DNA of 64,000 nucleotides from assembly GCA_030704615.1 (NCBI GenBank), contig CM060732.1, positions 16,616,001 through 16,680,000 of the forward strand. Direction: 5' to 3'. The DNA is from Takakia lepidozioides (Eukaryota; Plantae; Bryophyta). Below, piece after piece: positions 49,701 through 61,582 of this stretch (within the stretch, counting starts at the first letter, position 1; each line of letters opens with the position of its first letter). The translations under genes and the position numbers were made by a program. A model generated the notes under the pieces. That model was not told where the DNA came from. It saw nothing but the letters and a program-made list of their open reading frames with translations, and searched no databases.

Positions 49701-52700
49701 TCTGCCTAACTTCATTTTCATCAGACAATCTCATGGCAACAGACATGGCTGAGGACACTACAGCCTCTAAGTCAGATTTATCCAGCAGGGTCAAGACTTG
49801 CGGATCCAGGACCAGGTCCTTGAGGATCTCTTCTACTCTCTTCTGCCAGGACTTAGCCTGTTTGACAGGGCGGTCCTGTTTCCAAGATATAGAGTCGATT
49901 AATTTAGGATATCTGGTGTTGGGCATATGTTGCAGCTGACCCCACCATCTGACCTTGAATTCATCTCGTCGGGAGCTTAAGGACGGAATGCCAAACTCAC
50001 CCCGAACAGCCACATTGGCTGTTTGGAGCATGCTGACATACACTCCTTAAGCACCCCCACTTGAATGGATTCTAGAGACTTAGCCTGGTTGGAGTTATCA
50101 ACCCATATAGCAGATCCGTACTCCAAGGCAGGTCTAATAATGCGACAAAGCATGGTTTTCTTAACCTCAGAGGTGACCCCTCTGCAGTGGAAAAATTTAG
50201 TGAGCCCCAGAGCTTTGCCCTTGCCAGTTTGAACAACTTTCCGGATATGTGCATCCCAATTACAATTGGAGGAGAACTCAACGCCCAGGTAAGTGTAGGA
50301 AGGGAGGACCGGGATCTCTTGGCTACCCCACTGCCACTTAAGATCACTTCCTCCCTCTCCTCTGTCATTGAATGCTACCACTGCACATTTGCTGACATTA
50401 GCCTCTAGCCCCCAAAGATCAAAGTATCTCTTCGCGCAATCAATCAATTTGTGGAGATTGGTTGGAGTCTCCCCTATGCCTCCGAAGTCATCCGCAAACA
50501 TAAGGGCTGGTATGGTGGTATCACCCACCCTTAACCCAAATCCCTCACTTTCCACATCCTCGAGGAGTTGATTGATGAAAACATTGAAGAGTAGAGGGGA
50601 GAGAGTACATCCTTGAGCTACACCTTGATCTATGTCAAAGAAGTTGGACTTCTGTCCGTTAACAGTGACACAGCTTTTGGTGTGAGCATACAAGTTGTGG
50701 ACAACTCTCCACATCTTTCCCTTGATCCCACAAGACCAGAGGCGGAACCATAGGCCATCTCTCCACACTGTGTCATAAGCCTTTTTGACATCCAGGAAAA
50801 GACATAAGTGGGTTTCCCTTCTTTTTTCCTTCCCTGGATAATCTGGCTTAGAGTGAAGATATGATCCACACAGCCCCTGTTTCGCCGAAAGCCAGCTTGG
50901 CCTTCGTGGAAACAACCTCTAGACTCCAGATCAACCTCGAGACGAGTACTTATAACTCTGCAGAATGTCTTGCCAACAGCATTGAGGAGCATGATGCCAC
51001 GGTAGTTCCCCGGTTCTTCTCTGTCATCCTTCTTGTATAGATTGACAATGACCCCCTGTCGCCAGCGAAAGGGGATCATTTCAGTCTTCCAGATAAGGTT
51101 AAAGAGGAGAACTAGGGCCTCTATCATGGGATCGCCACCGTGCTTGATAAGCTCGTTGACAATACCATCAGGTCCACCAGTTTATATCCATTTAAATGTT
51201 CAATTGCTTCCACAATCTCAGAAGAACTAATGGGAGCATTATAAGCCATTGAAATATACTCCAGTTCATCAGGGCTGTTTTGAATCATAGGAACAGTTTT
51301 TCCAACTGTGTCCCTCCATTCAGCAGAAGACCCCTCACTGTTAGACCTAGAAGTTCTGCCAAGGATACTGTAGTGAGTTTCAAAGGTTTTGACAATGTCA
51401 ACCGATGAAGTCACCACTGCACCTTTAGTAGTCTTCAGTGCTTGTACTTGCTGACCGTTTTTCGGTTTGTACAAACGTTGAAGGGCCAACCAGAATTTCT
51501 TGTCATTACCACCATGGTGGTTTGAGTTTATTTCACTGTATAACTTGTCCCAGTATAATTTCTTCTGAGACCTAACAAGCTGATTGATATCTTTACGGAG
51601 CTGGTAGTACCTCGCCCACAATTCTCTGTTGGTTTCCAAATTGCAGCACTCTTTATAGAGGGCTCGTCTCTCAGCTATCTTGAGTTTAATCTCATTAGTC
51701 CACCAATTAACTGCTCTACCGCAGACAATTAGTTTCCTCCCAATGATCTTGTCAGCCACGGAGGAAACGAAACTCTCCCAAGAGTCCACTGCTCTTTCGA
51801 CTTCATTTCTTGCGTTAACAGAGCGTGACTGAAGTTCTTGGAGTGATTGGACAAAATGAGGGAGAGCCTCTTGCAAGGCCTGGATGTACTCAGCCTTGAC
51901 CTCCTCATTGTGGAATTTTTCTATGCGCCACTTCCGAATCGAACGTTTCACAGATCTCTTGGTGGTGGGAAAACACCTTTTGATCTCAGTCCGAACCAGG
52001 AAGTGGTCAGAGGTACCAATATCAGTTCTGTCGATCAACACATTGGCACACTGGGGGAACAAAATTTTGTCCATTATGATATAGTCCACAATGGAACGTT
52101 CCCCAGTTTGGGGTTTCTCACGAGTCCACTGTACTTGGTCACCTCTTGTCCTGTTATTCAAGGTCAAAAGCTGAAGCTCTTCTAGACAGTTAATTAACCG
52201 TCTGCCAATTAGAACCGTCTGCCACTACCCAGAGAGAGAGAGAGAGAGAGAGAGAATGTGTACTCATAAGACGTTGTTTGCCATAGCCTTGTTGCCATTG
52301 ACCCCGCGCCCAGTTTGAGCGGAACACAAAGGGACAGAACCTACCTTTGTCAGGGGCTGACGCTGGTAGTAAGACTTACCTTGGAATAAACAATTGATCC
52401 GGGTTTTCCGGATACCCTCTAGAAATCCCTTTACAGAAGCATCAACCTGCTGTGTGTGGTTTGCCCAATAACTAGGCCCCAAAAGGGCCTGGGTTTTTGG
52501 CTCAGCTCGGGACTTTCAAAGTTGGTAAACAGAGGTACAGGCACAATTCCCTTGATAGATTTGAAGAGAGCGTCTCTCTGGTGAGAGAACCCCGGACAAT
52601 GAATCAGAAAATGAATACTGTCTTCAGGTTGCCCACGCACCGGGCAATTGCACTCTCCCTTTCCTCTCTGCTTCTGTTTGCTGTTCTAAGGTAGGCTTCC

Positions 52701-52728
52701 CGCCCTGAGTTTAAATTTCAGTCTAGTG

Positions 52729-52777
<49 letters not shown>

Positions 52778-53787
52778 ATGCGGTCCTTCTTGCTTCTCAC
52801 CTCTGCTTTCTCATACCCTTGCCCTATTGTTTCAGACGGAAGAAGCAAGAGAAAGCGCAGTAGCAGCAAATTCGGTACAACTCAGTGGGATACGATACCA
52901 GATTGTAAGCATGGACCTTCTAATGACCCCAGTCGTTAGATTAACCAATGTAGGCGGGGAGACCAATGAAGGTCAGATTGCAGCCACATGTAAGCTCTTT
53001 GGTCGGGTTGAGAAAGTGGTGCCGCGGACAGAAAACATGGTGGATGTTTATTTCCTAACAAGCGAGATGAAGAACATGTCCAGAATTCTCCACAGGTGAG
53101 AAATAACGTGAATGCCCTATACTCAAGTTTAGGTCTGTACATGGTTCTCTGTTCATGTTGCAATGGGAGTGGGGGAAATGTAACTAAAGAGTTAGAAGAC
53201 TCTGGCAGCCTGAGGGTAATAGACTCAATTAAAGAACCAGCTTGCCTATATGGGCACTGCTCAGTCAGGAGACCGGTACCAAGTTTAACCACATTTTATG
53301 GTTGTGCTTGGTAAGTCTCAGCTCCTTCGATCCAATGTGATGTAAGCACATGTGCTCTAGGGTTTGGGACCTTGAGGTGGGGGAAAAGAGAAGCAAGTAA
53401 CAAATTTCAAGGCTATTTTATGACAGACCTGTCTATTTTTGTAGGCTGAATGAAGTGACTATGGAGGAGAGACGGTGGCAGGCACAACTGGCCCCGCGAG
53501 TTTCACCTGGTTTTCTGCGAGAGTTGTCGAGGACCTTGGATGGCCCAGAGTGGCTGCATCTGCAGAGTGAAAGAGTCATTAACAAGATGGAAAACGCTAT
53601 TAAACACCTCACAGTTGATGTGGAGGATTTACGAGAGCTAGTGAAAGCTGAACACTTGATTTCATTGAATGATATACGTAGGCCCGCTAGCAGCTCCCTG
53701 CTGTGTCGCAATTCAAAGAGATGGGCTTCTGTGCTTCACGTTGATGTCAGCTCAGAAGATGGCAGTGGGATTTACCCACTCAGGTGA
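46401..53787 (+). CDS. Host gene: PEND/At3g52170-like N-terminal DNA-binding domain plus three RRM-like domains. Exons 46401-46555, 46978-47944, 48351-48707, 52836-53095, 53445-53787 (693 aa)
   Basis: GT-AG introns give a continuous frame. RLSRQERAALVESFVLKHMDSNQGEFPSV..GTGGG..VKDILTELE; RNP-like LFVRYLS/YGFVDF, VSVGGLP/AHLDF and VVRLTNVG/VDVYF. Start codon tentative. Confidence 0.85.
46697..46868 (-). mobile_element. (GA)n microsatellite plus short LINE 3' fragment in intron 1
   Basis: The (GA)n run at 46697-46760 is followed by sequence homologous to 48910-48995. Confidence 0.8.
48756..49145 (-). mobile_element. LINE copy A, 3' fragment
   Basis: Diverged homologue of the copy B 3' end (CPMC..HFLLHC; ...TTATGAGTACA end). 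Confidence 0.85.
49146..52230 (-). mobile_element. LINE copy B (RTE/RTEX-like, tentative clade), 5'-truncated inside the APE endonuclease; frameshifted RT and C-terminal zinc finger
   Basis: SIVDYI..SDHFLV (APE); NYRGIMLL, QAGFR, LDVKKAYDTV, GVAQGCTLSPLLF, MFADD and YTYLG (RT); CPLC..EDSIHFLIHC. Confidence 0.93.
52256..52731 (-). mobile_element. LINE copy C, 3' fragment flanked on both sides by (GA)n
   Basis: Near-identical to 49151-49627; (GA)n at 52231-52255 and 52731-52774. Confidence 0.9.
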
Positions 53788-56280
53788 GATTGAGCAAGCA
53801 CTGTCTTGAAGCATACCTTCAAAGTCCGGCAGCAAACACTGATGCAATCTGATGTTGCTTTCATTCTACAAGGGGTGACTTTGCATGAATATGTAAGTAG
53901 CCTTATCAAGGATGACTTTGCTCAGATGGTCCCTGTCTTTCTTTTACGGTAGATAGAACAGGGGTAGTGTCAGGTGAAAGTGCATTGGACAAAGAGTTCA
54001 AGCTGTGGATTATCTGGGGAGATTATCAGCAGGGTTTGTACTTTGAACGATCTGGCTGTTTATCATCATAAAGGAAGAGGCTGGCACCTTGTGATGTATT
54101 TGGTTAATAGGGTCCCTGATGGTGTTCTTATCCGTTACAAAGTGTTCATTTTCTTTTTCTCCCTTTCTAATTAAATCTTGACTTGGCAGGCACTTAAAGC
54201 TGAGGGTCATTTCCATTGATGGCAGTTTCAGTTCTGCCATTTAAACCTTAACTCTTTACAATCCTCGGGTAGCCTGAAGCTGCATCTGATGGAATACATT
54301 GAGATCAGACATTGCCTTGGCGTGCACTCCAGTGCAGAACCCAGTTGGGTGTTTGTTCCTTGCCTGTTTATTTCCAGTGTGATAAAAATTGTTTTTTCAA
54401 GCATCCAGGGCTGTGCTTTGAGCATGATATGTAGAGTCGCTGAATGATAAATACATTCCATCTTTGGTGTCTAGCATGCTCAGCACTTGGGCTAGGGTTG
54501 GTCCTTGTGCTTAGACTTATAGCCTGCGAAATCACTCATTACACCATACCCTGTTGATAATTCCTGGGAATTGGTTACTACTGCAAAATCTAAGGCCTCG
54601 TGTAGTTTCTGGGGGCAGTCCATCCTCAGGATGGACTTTGTGTCCTTTATCCCCTAAAGGACGAGCCCGATTTTGGTGGGCCCATTTCAAAACGGAACAT
54701 GCCCTCATGTTTGAGGATACATTTGACAAACATCCAGGTGGATGAACTGTATGAAGGTAATCCTACCTACTTCAGGAACCTATTGTAAAAATTTCAGTTG
54801 ATTTCACCGTGTCATTACGAAGAGATAAGATAAAGATAAAGATTCTTTAATGTCCAGTGAATTTACAGAGCCTACTGCTCAACACACATTACGAAGAGAG
54901 AGAGAAGACTCCGGCCGTAACTAAGAGCCACTTTGCCTTACGGCTATGTCATTACGAAGATTATAACAAAAATGCAAGCTGTAAATGTTTACTGTGCTCT
55001 AGTTTAGGAGTGAAAAAATGGTTTGACCAAGCAATTGGCCTAGCAAAATGAATCTTCATTGATACGGCATACCCAGATACTAATTGTCTAGCATGTATAG
55101 CACCTTGGGCCAAAATTCCAGAACCAAATTCCAAAACCACATGAGGGTTGCTTTGTATGGGAAAATAGGTGTATAAAAAAAACCATCCATTACAATTGAC
55201 CCCAAATCTGCCTCAAATGTGTCCAAATTTTTATCACAATGTGAATTCCTCTTGTCATATTGTTCCTTGCGTGGAAACTCACTACCATAAAAAATTTGGA
55301 AGCATTCTAACCTATCTACATGCATAGATGAATTTTCTAACCTATCTACATGCAAAATGAATTTTCATGGTACAGGCCACCCATATCCTGCCACGTCGGT
55401 AGGTCAAAGCTGCTGGAGGGCCCTGAATTGGGTACCCCTGTACACTAACAAAACTACTGACTGCAGTGCTTTTATTATTTTAGGGTGCCATAAAGACAGG
55501 GAGGTGCATGACGTCACGGCGCACAACTTTTTTTTTCATCTGAGGTCATCCAACTGATGGCAAATCGATTTCTGATTTCTGACGCGACCCGAAATGGGTC
55601 GCGTCATCCATTAGGGGTTAAAACTACTTGCATCAGCGTGCCTATGTCTTTGATCTAATGCGTATTTATTTCACATGCTCTAGCCCCAATCTATTGATCT
55701 AATGCATCTTTGCTTCACACACGCCAACCCTGAGTGACCCTATCCCCACGCAGGCCGCCCCTACCCTACCAGCCCCCTCCCGGCCGGAGCACCCGCACCC
55801 CCTCCCGCATGACGTCGCGACGGCCTGGCTGGCCGTGGGTCCTCTTGATCTCATATCTTTTCTTTTTTCTTATTGGTATGTTTTTTCTTGTTTTCCAATT
55901 TTTTGCCCATTCCATCTCGATTGCTGACAGTGCGGACAACACGATCGCCACTAGGTGCGAGATATATTTGTCTGTGGGTTTTAGGCATTATCCGTGTAAC
56001 GTTGTTGGTTCATTATTTCCCCGTGTTGCTCCATTTTGCGTTGCTTTTATTCGGCCGCGTTGTTTCATGGTCTAGATCCATATGCTTTCGCCAACTTTTC
56101 ACCGTACTCGTTCATAGCATGGTCGTCGAGTACTTTCTGCAGGATTTCAATGTGTGGCGTCCTTTCATCAAACCTAGAGGTATTCACTCATTGCTTATGA
56201 CATAGCTATCCACTCACATAGTTATGATAGTTCTTAGCATTATAACACAATATGTATTGGCATGAAAGAGTTGTGGGCTG

Positions 56281-56563
56281 ACTCTACTCGAAGACGAAAG
56301 AAGACCACCTGGAGCACCTCAAAAAGGTGTTCCAAAAGTTGCAGGAAGGGAAGCTCTATGCCAAGCCATCAAAGTACGAATTCGGGGTCACAAAAGTGGA
56401 GTTCTTAGGGCATGTGATTACGCATGATGGGATAAAAATGGATGATAGAAAGGTGAGGGCAATCCTTGGACTGGGAACCTCCGACTTCAGTCCCGGGAGT
56501 GCGATCTTTTCTGGGACTCGTCTCCTGCTACTGAAAGTATGTGAGGAATTTCGCCAAGATTGC
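56281..56563 (+). pseudogene. Isolated Ty3/gypsy RT C-terminal fragment (different family)
   Basis: HLEHLKKVFQKLQEGKLYAKPSKYEFGVTKVEFLGHVI..KVRAIL, then frameshifted WEPPTSVPGVRSFLG. Confidence 0.85.
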
Positions 56564-59341
56564 CTAGGGGGTGCACTCTTTATAAAATGTGCGTATCACG
56601 TGCGTTCGCCGGCTAATAAAAAACCCCCCTGTAAGGTAGGGCACCCTATTATGGATGGATACATTTTAAACCTTTGTTATTTTAACATGTAGATGAGTTA
56701 TAGAGTAAAATTTTAACCACATGTAAGAAAATAAATTATTTCTCAACTTTTTTTTTTGGATTTAAAAAAAATTATTACAAATATAATATGAATTTTTGAA
56801 GATAATCAATAGATTTTCCTACATTAGACCTACAAAAGCTATAGTTTGGTTCTAAAATATGTCTACTTTAAAATAATCCAAGCACATAGGAGTTTTTTTT
56901 TTACCATGATTAGGAGTTCCATGATTCAAGTGAAAGTCGGTAATAATACATATTTGGGTGAAAAATAGTGCACAATAATAATAGTGCGTGTTTATAGAAC
57001 AGACTGGTAGGGTTTGAGTAAAGGAGGGAAAGGTAGTGCAAGTTGGCCTTTGACCAATCCTGATTGGATGCTATCTCACTCTATTATGACCTATTCCGTA
57101 TCCTATTTTGGAGTCTTTGCAAACCTTTTGGGCGGTGTCTGTTGTTTCTGTTCTGATGAACGCAGACTACTACTTGGTCGAACTAGACGATAAACTTAGT
57201 GAACTTTTAAGAAATCGTGTTGCATCTGCACTGGGACCGACGTTTGTGCAAGTAGGTCTGGACAGATGGTATTGACAATGTGCACGAACTCTGGCTAGTT
57301 TCCTTGAATAGTGACGGGCATGGCTATGGAATGAACTTTTGTAGTTGAACGATGTGGGGAAGATCAAAATGGATCACCTCCAATATGCAACTCTTGTGAT
57401 GTTCTTGCCATGCCATTGGAGTGAATGAAGCATGCTATAGGAGCAACGCTGGAGAGCTCAGGGTGTTTGGATTGGGGCAGAGCACGCCATGGAAGACAAC
57501 AAGTGGTCCAATGGTTCGTGCAGTTGCGGGAGTTGATGTATGTACTTCTCGACGTCTTTTGCATCTCTCTCAACAGAGGCCCATAGATGGAACAAATCTC
57601 CTGTTCTGCTGGTGTTCTTCTCTAATACGCCATGCATAGACCCACTTCTCTCTTATGTTGTCTTGCTTGTGGGAGGCTCCAATATGAAAGATTTTCCATG
57701 ATGGAGTTATAGTAATAGTTGGGTTTGAACACCATGTGCACCCTTGTAGTAGAGTAATTTTGGTTAATTGATTTTCTCCAACATAGTGTGATAAGTAGGG
57801 CGGAATCTACTCCGAGTAGCCCAAAGAGGTTACGGAAATAAGAAAATGAGAAGTAAACAGGCCTGAAGTAATAGCTATGAGAGAGAGAGTTAGGTAGTTA
57901 GTTCGTTACTTACTTCTTAGAGGTTGGGGAAAGACGTGGGAGAAAGGCCTTTGTGCATCTGGTATTTTTTTCTAATACACACATAATGGGAGTCCATGTA
58001 TAACCTCCTGCTCAGAACTCCTACTTCAAAGTCAGTGTCCAAATCTTTAAGGGTGGTTCTACGCTGTTCAGCAGCACAGTCTTGTATTGAAGAACTAAGG
58101 AAAGAGAATCTGCATCTCAGGAGACAAATTGAGGAGTCAGGTGTTCAGCAGTTATAAACATGCGGGATGTCATTTTGCACAACAAACTTTCTCTCTTGTG
58201 GTGTAGCATGTCTGCCAAATATGATTTAATGGGATTTCTGGTGATTCTTGAGTCTAGTGAGCTCTAAGTTTGTGGCAAGTTGGTCCATCTTAACATTTGG
58301 TGGTGAAGTGTAGGCTGAGGTGGCTGCAGAGACAGTACATAGAGAGCCAAGACAATCTGGCAACATTGATGAAATCAGGCAATGATCCTGACTGCACCTT
58401 CTACAAGCACAGTTCAGCCTGTCTTACTCTCTTTTCAGAGTCGTCCATGTCAAGTTTTATGTTTGATTCTGCAAGTGTAGCTCGTTGGGTGGATCCATAG
58501 TGGTTAGGACTAATATTGTGGTTATACATCATTCAATTCTATCAATATCATAGAGCACATTACAATATAGGTCAATACATTATCCTATAGGTCATGACAC
58601 GATAGTCTGCCTGATAATGTGAACCTTACGGCAACTAGGAGATCACTATATAGGTGACAAACCCTACGTCGCAACAATTCAGCTTTCCACATCTTAGAAT
58701 TCCATATTTGGGAATGATGGTGTTTTATGTGGAGTTCACACAAAGAAGTCTACCTTCCATACTCACTACATATCTGAGTTTTGTGCTGGAAGTGGTTCAA
58801 GTAGTGGTGGCAAGGTGGACAAGTCTCCTCCATTTTTGAGAAGTCTTCTCCTCATAACTTGTCTACGCTGATTTTGAATACACCATCCAGGAACAGTGCC
58901 ATAGTATGGTGCATGGTACTCTGTAGGGAGAATTGGTCTTCCATCTCTAATTGCAGCGTAGCTACGGTGTGAGCCCAGCCCCGTGAGCCTGGGAGTTGAG
59001 CTCACGTTTCAGGGAAGCGTGAGCGGCACAATTCTGCTGGAGAAGCAGGTCCTATAGGCGAGGATTGCAGGAAGAGGGCCTATTACCGTGGACAAAACGA
59101 AGGGGGCCACCATGCACCATGTCTGTAATGCATGCACAAAAAGAAGAATATGAACATATGGCAGATTTGAGCTCAGAATGATTGACACACTTTATTTCAA
59201 TTCATAGATAGACGCTTACAATGAATGGCATGTGCAGTTGCCCTGGTTCCGTGAACGAAATATATGTGTTTGTCCTAAATGCAAAGTCTTCACACGATAA
59301 CATTGAAACCAACATGGGAAGTGGGTATGGCTCGTATGTGT

Positions 59342-61582
59342 TCAAAGAGAATCTGGCGGAGCCCTACGCGAGGTGTCCCGCTGCAGAAGAGTGATGACTT
59401 CTCCGTAGCCTAGTGTGGCTTGGTGAATGAATTGGTCTCTCTTACCGTCGCAGCACATAATTACAAGGTATATGTAATATTGATGCTTGCAGGGGACCCA
59501 CTTCCCTCTCATGCCGAGAGCGCCCTCACGCATCGTTACAAAATCCGAACAAGTGCACGTAGGGAAATTCCCCACGGTAACCTAATATTCTTTACCATGA
59601 AGAACTGAGCCAGTAAACAACACTGTGTAAATCCGTCCATACCCCGGGGCCGGGACTTCAGTGATACGAGTCACCCAAGCCTGCAAAATTCTAGTTGATT
59701 CCATCTCGCAGTTGTGATCTGCACCCGAAGCGACACGGCGCACTGTTTTTCCATCTCTTTTTGTTGGGTGGGAGTCGGCACCGGGTGGAGGCATTGCCGG
59801 AGCATGTGGCACATCTGTGCCCAGAGTGCATGAGGGCACCACCCGGGACCGTGCAAGACGGAACCCTCCCTCCTCCAGCATGCTTATCTCGGTTGATGAC
59901 AGCGACGTCCCAAGTTTCACAGGCCAAATTGCGGGCGGAGGGGGCTTCATTATCACCGAAGGACGAACTATTCCCTTGACGCATCGTGCCATATCGTCTG
60001 GCCAGAACCAGAACTTGTGGTCCTTTGACTCCCCACTATGATAAGGTCGGAACAACCCTGTGAATGTTGGAACTGGAGTCCCCCTAGAGCCTTTGCATAT
60101 TTTTGATTTGCATTTCTTGAAAGAGGGGGTCCGAATTGCCATGCAAGCCACTCTAGATCCTGGTGGGGTGCGTTCTATATGCCACTCACTGTCAATGCAA
60201 TCAGATTCATGCACCAATGACACTACCTCCTCCAATGGGATTCGTGCTGCTGTGCTTGCATGATTTGCACCTGCTCCACTGGAAGAGGACCCACCTGGGA
60301 AGGGGCGGGCACATGACTTAGTCTGCACCGGAGACACCTTTGGCACAGAGAAATTGACCCTGTCCGGCCGATGGGAATCTCCATCCGACCCTGGAGGAGT
60401 GTTCAATTTCTTTTTGCATGATCCAAATGTTTCCTCGCCTTCCAAATGGGGGACCCTGGATTGCAAAGGGGAGCCTTCAGTGCACCTGTTCAGAGCTTTG
60501 GCCATCTTCGATGGGTCTCCGGATCTGCTTGCAACCCTTAGCATCAACAAAGTCTTATCAGGGCCCTTGCCTCCGCCCCGTCCCATCAGAAAATTGCGGT
60601 ATCTGGTTTGTTGTGTAAGTGCCCGCACCATGTCATCTGCAGTGGCCACATACAAGTCACGTCCTGCTTTGGTAGACTGCTACATCCAGGCGTTGTGAAC
60701 AGTCTCCGCCAAATTACAGGAAGGCATGTCGGCCAAGTCCTCCAAGGACATGTTCTGCAGGAGGCATTGCATGCAAATGCGAGGAACGAAATGAAATGGA
60801 AGAGGTTCTGCAAGTGACAATCCATTAACCCCAAAGGAACAGGCACGATGCAAAGTGAAATTTGTGTTTCTGGGATTGAAGAGGCTTACCGTCGTCATGA
60901 AAGCTCCCCACTGTCTATACCCGAAGTGCCAGAAAACCAACCAGTCCTCCAACTCCTTCAGGTGGATACCAGTAGCAGCACCAAAAGAGAACCACCAAGC
61001 CCGGATTGCTTGGTAAGTGCTCTCAGCTTCTCCCATTGAGGTGGCATTTTTGTACTTGAGGCAGAGCCTTCTGTGCTCCAACTGAAGGTCAGGGAAAATG
61101 CAGCGCTTTGTATGACGTGCCAGAGATTGACTTCAATGGAAGAGGCATGTGCGCTCCCTATTTTCCATTGGGACCTTAGGATCCCCCGAACCAAAGACGC
61201 GCCGCACTGCATTGAAATTTGCCTGTGCACTATCAGCCATGAAGCCCGCAAAATTTGTGTTATGCATTCCATTGCGCTGCATGACGGCCATGAGATAATT
61301 TCACATGAGCATTTGGGATTCAGTGTCCTCCGACTGCATATCACAAATTGCTATGGAGAGCACACGCTGGTACGCTGGATCGTACACATGGCACGCCATG
61401 GTTGTCCAACTCTTCACCCGTTTGCAGTGATCAAACATTAACCAACATTTTGCCAAATCTCCTCCAGGTTGCATTCGGCGGACTATGCTCACACCACTGT
61501 CTTCGCCCACTGTGGACATCTTGAACAAATACACCTTGGATGAGCCCTGACCATTGAAGATACTGTTTTGAATGAATTCATA
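59342..61582 (-). pseudogene. MULE transposase, related but distinct family (copy 3), 5' part cut off by a CACTA end; intron 60889-60755
   Basis: YLFKMSTVG..WLMFDHCKRVKSWTTMACHVYD, SCNLAETVHNAW, and SWIM CTCSDF..PCKH; intron at the same position as in copy 1. Confidence 0.88.

Noticed and set aside
54660-55700. Short repeats (CATTACGAAGA x3, TTCTAACCTATCTACATGCA x2) suggesting MITE fragments
   Set aside because: No TIR/TSD pair could be confirmed.
57100-58950. Possible decayed coding sequence
   Set aside because: Only short ORFs without recognisable motifs; cannot be supported without a homology search.
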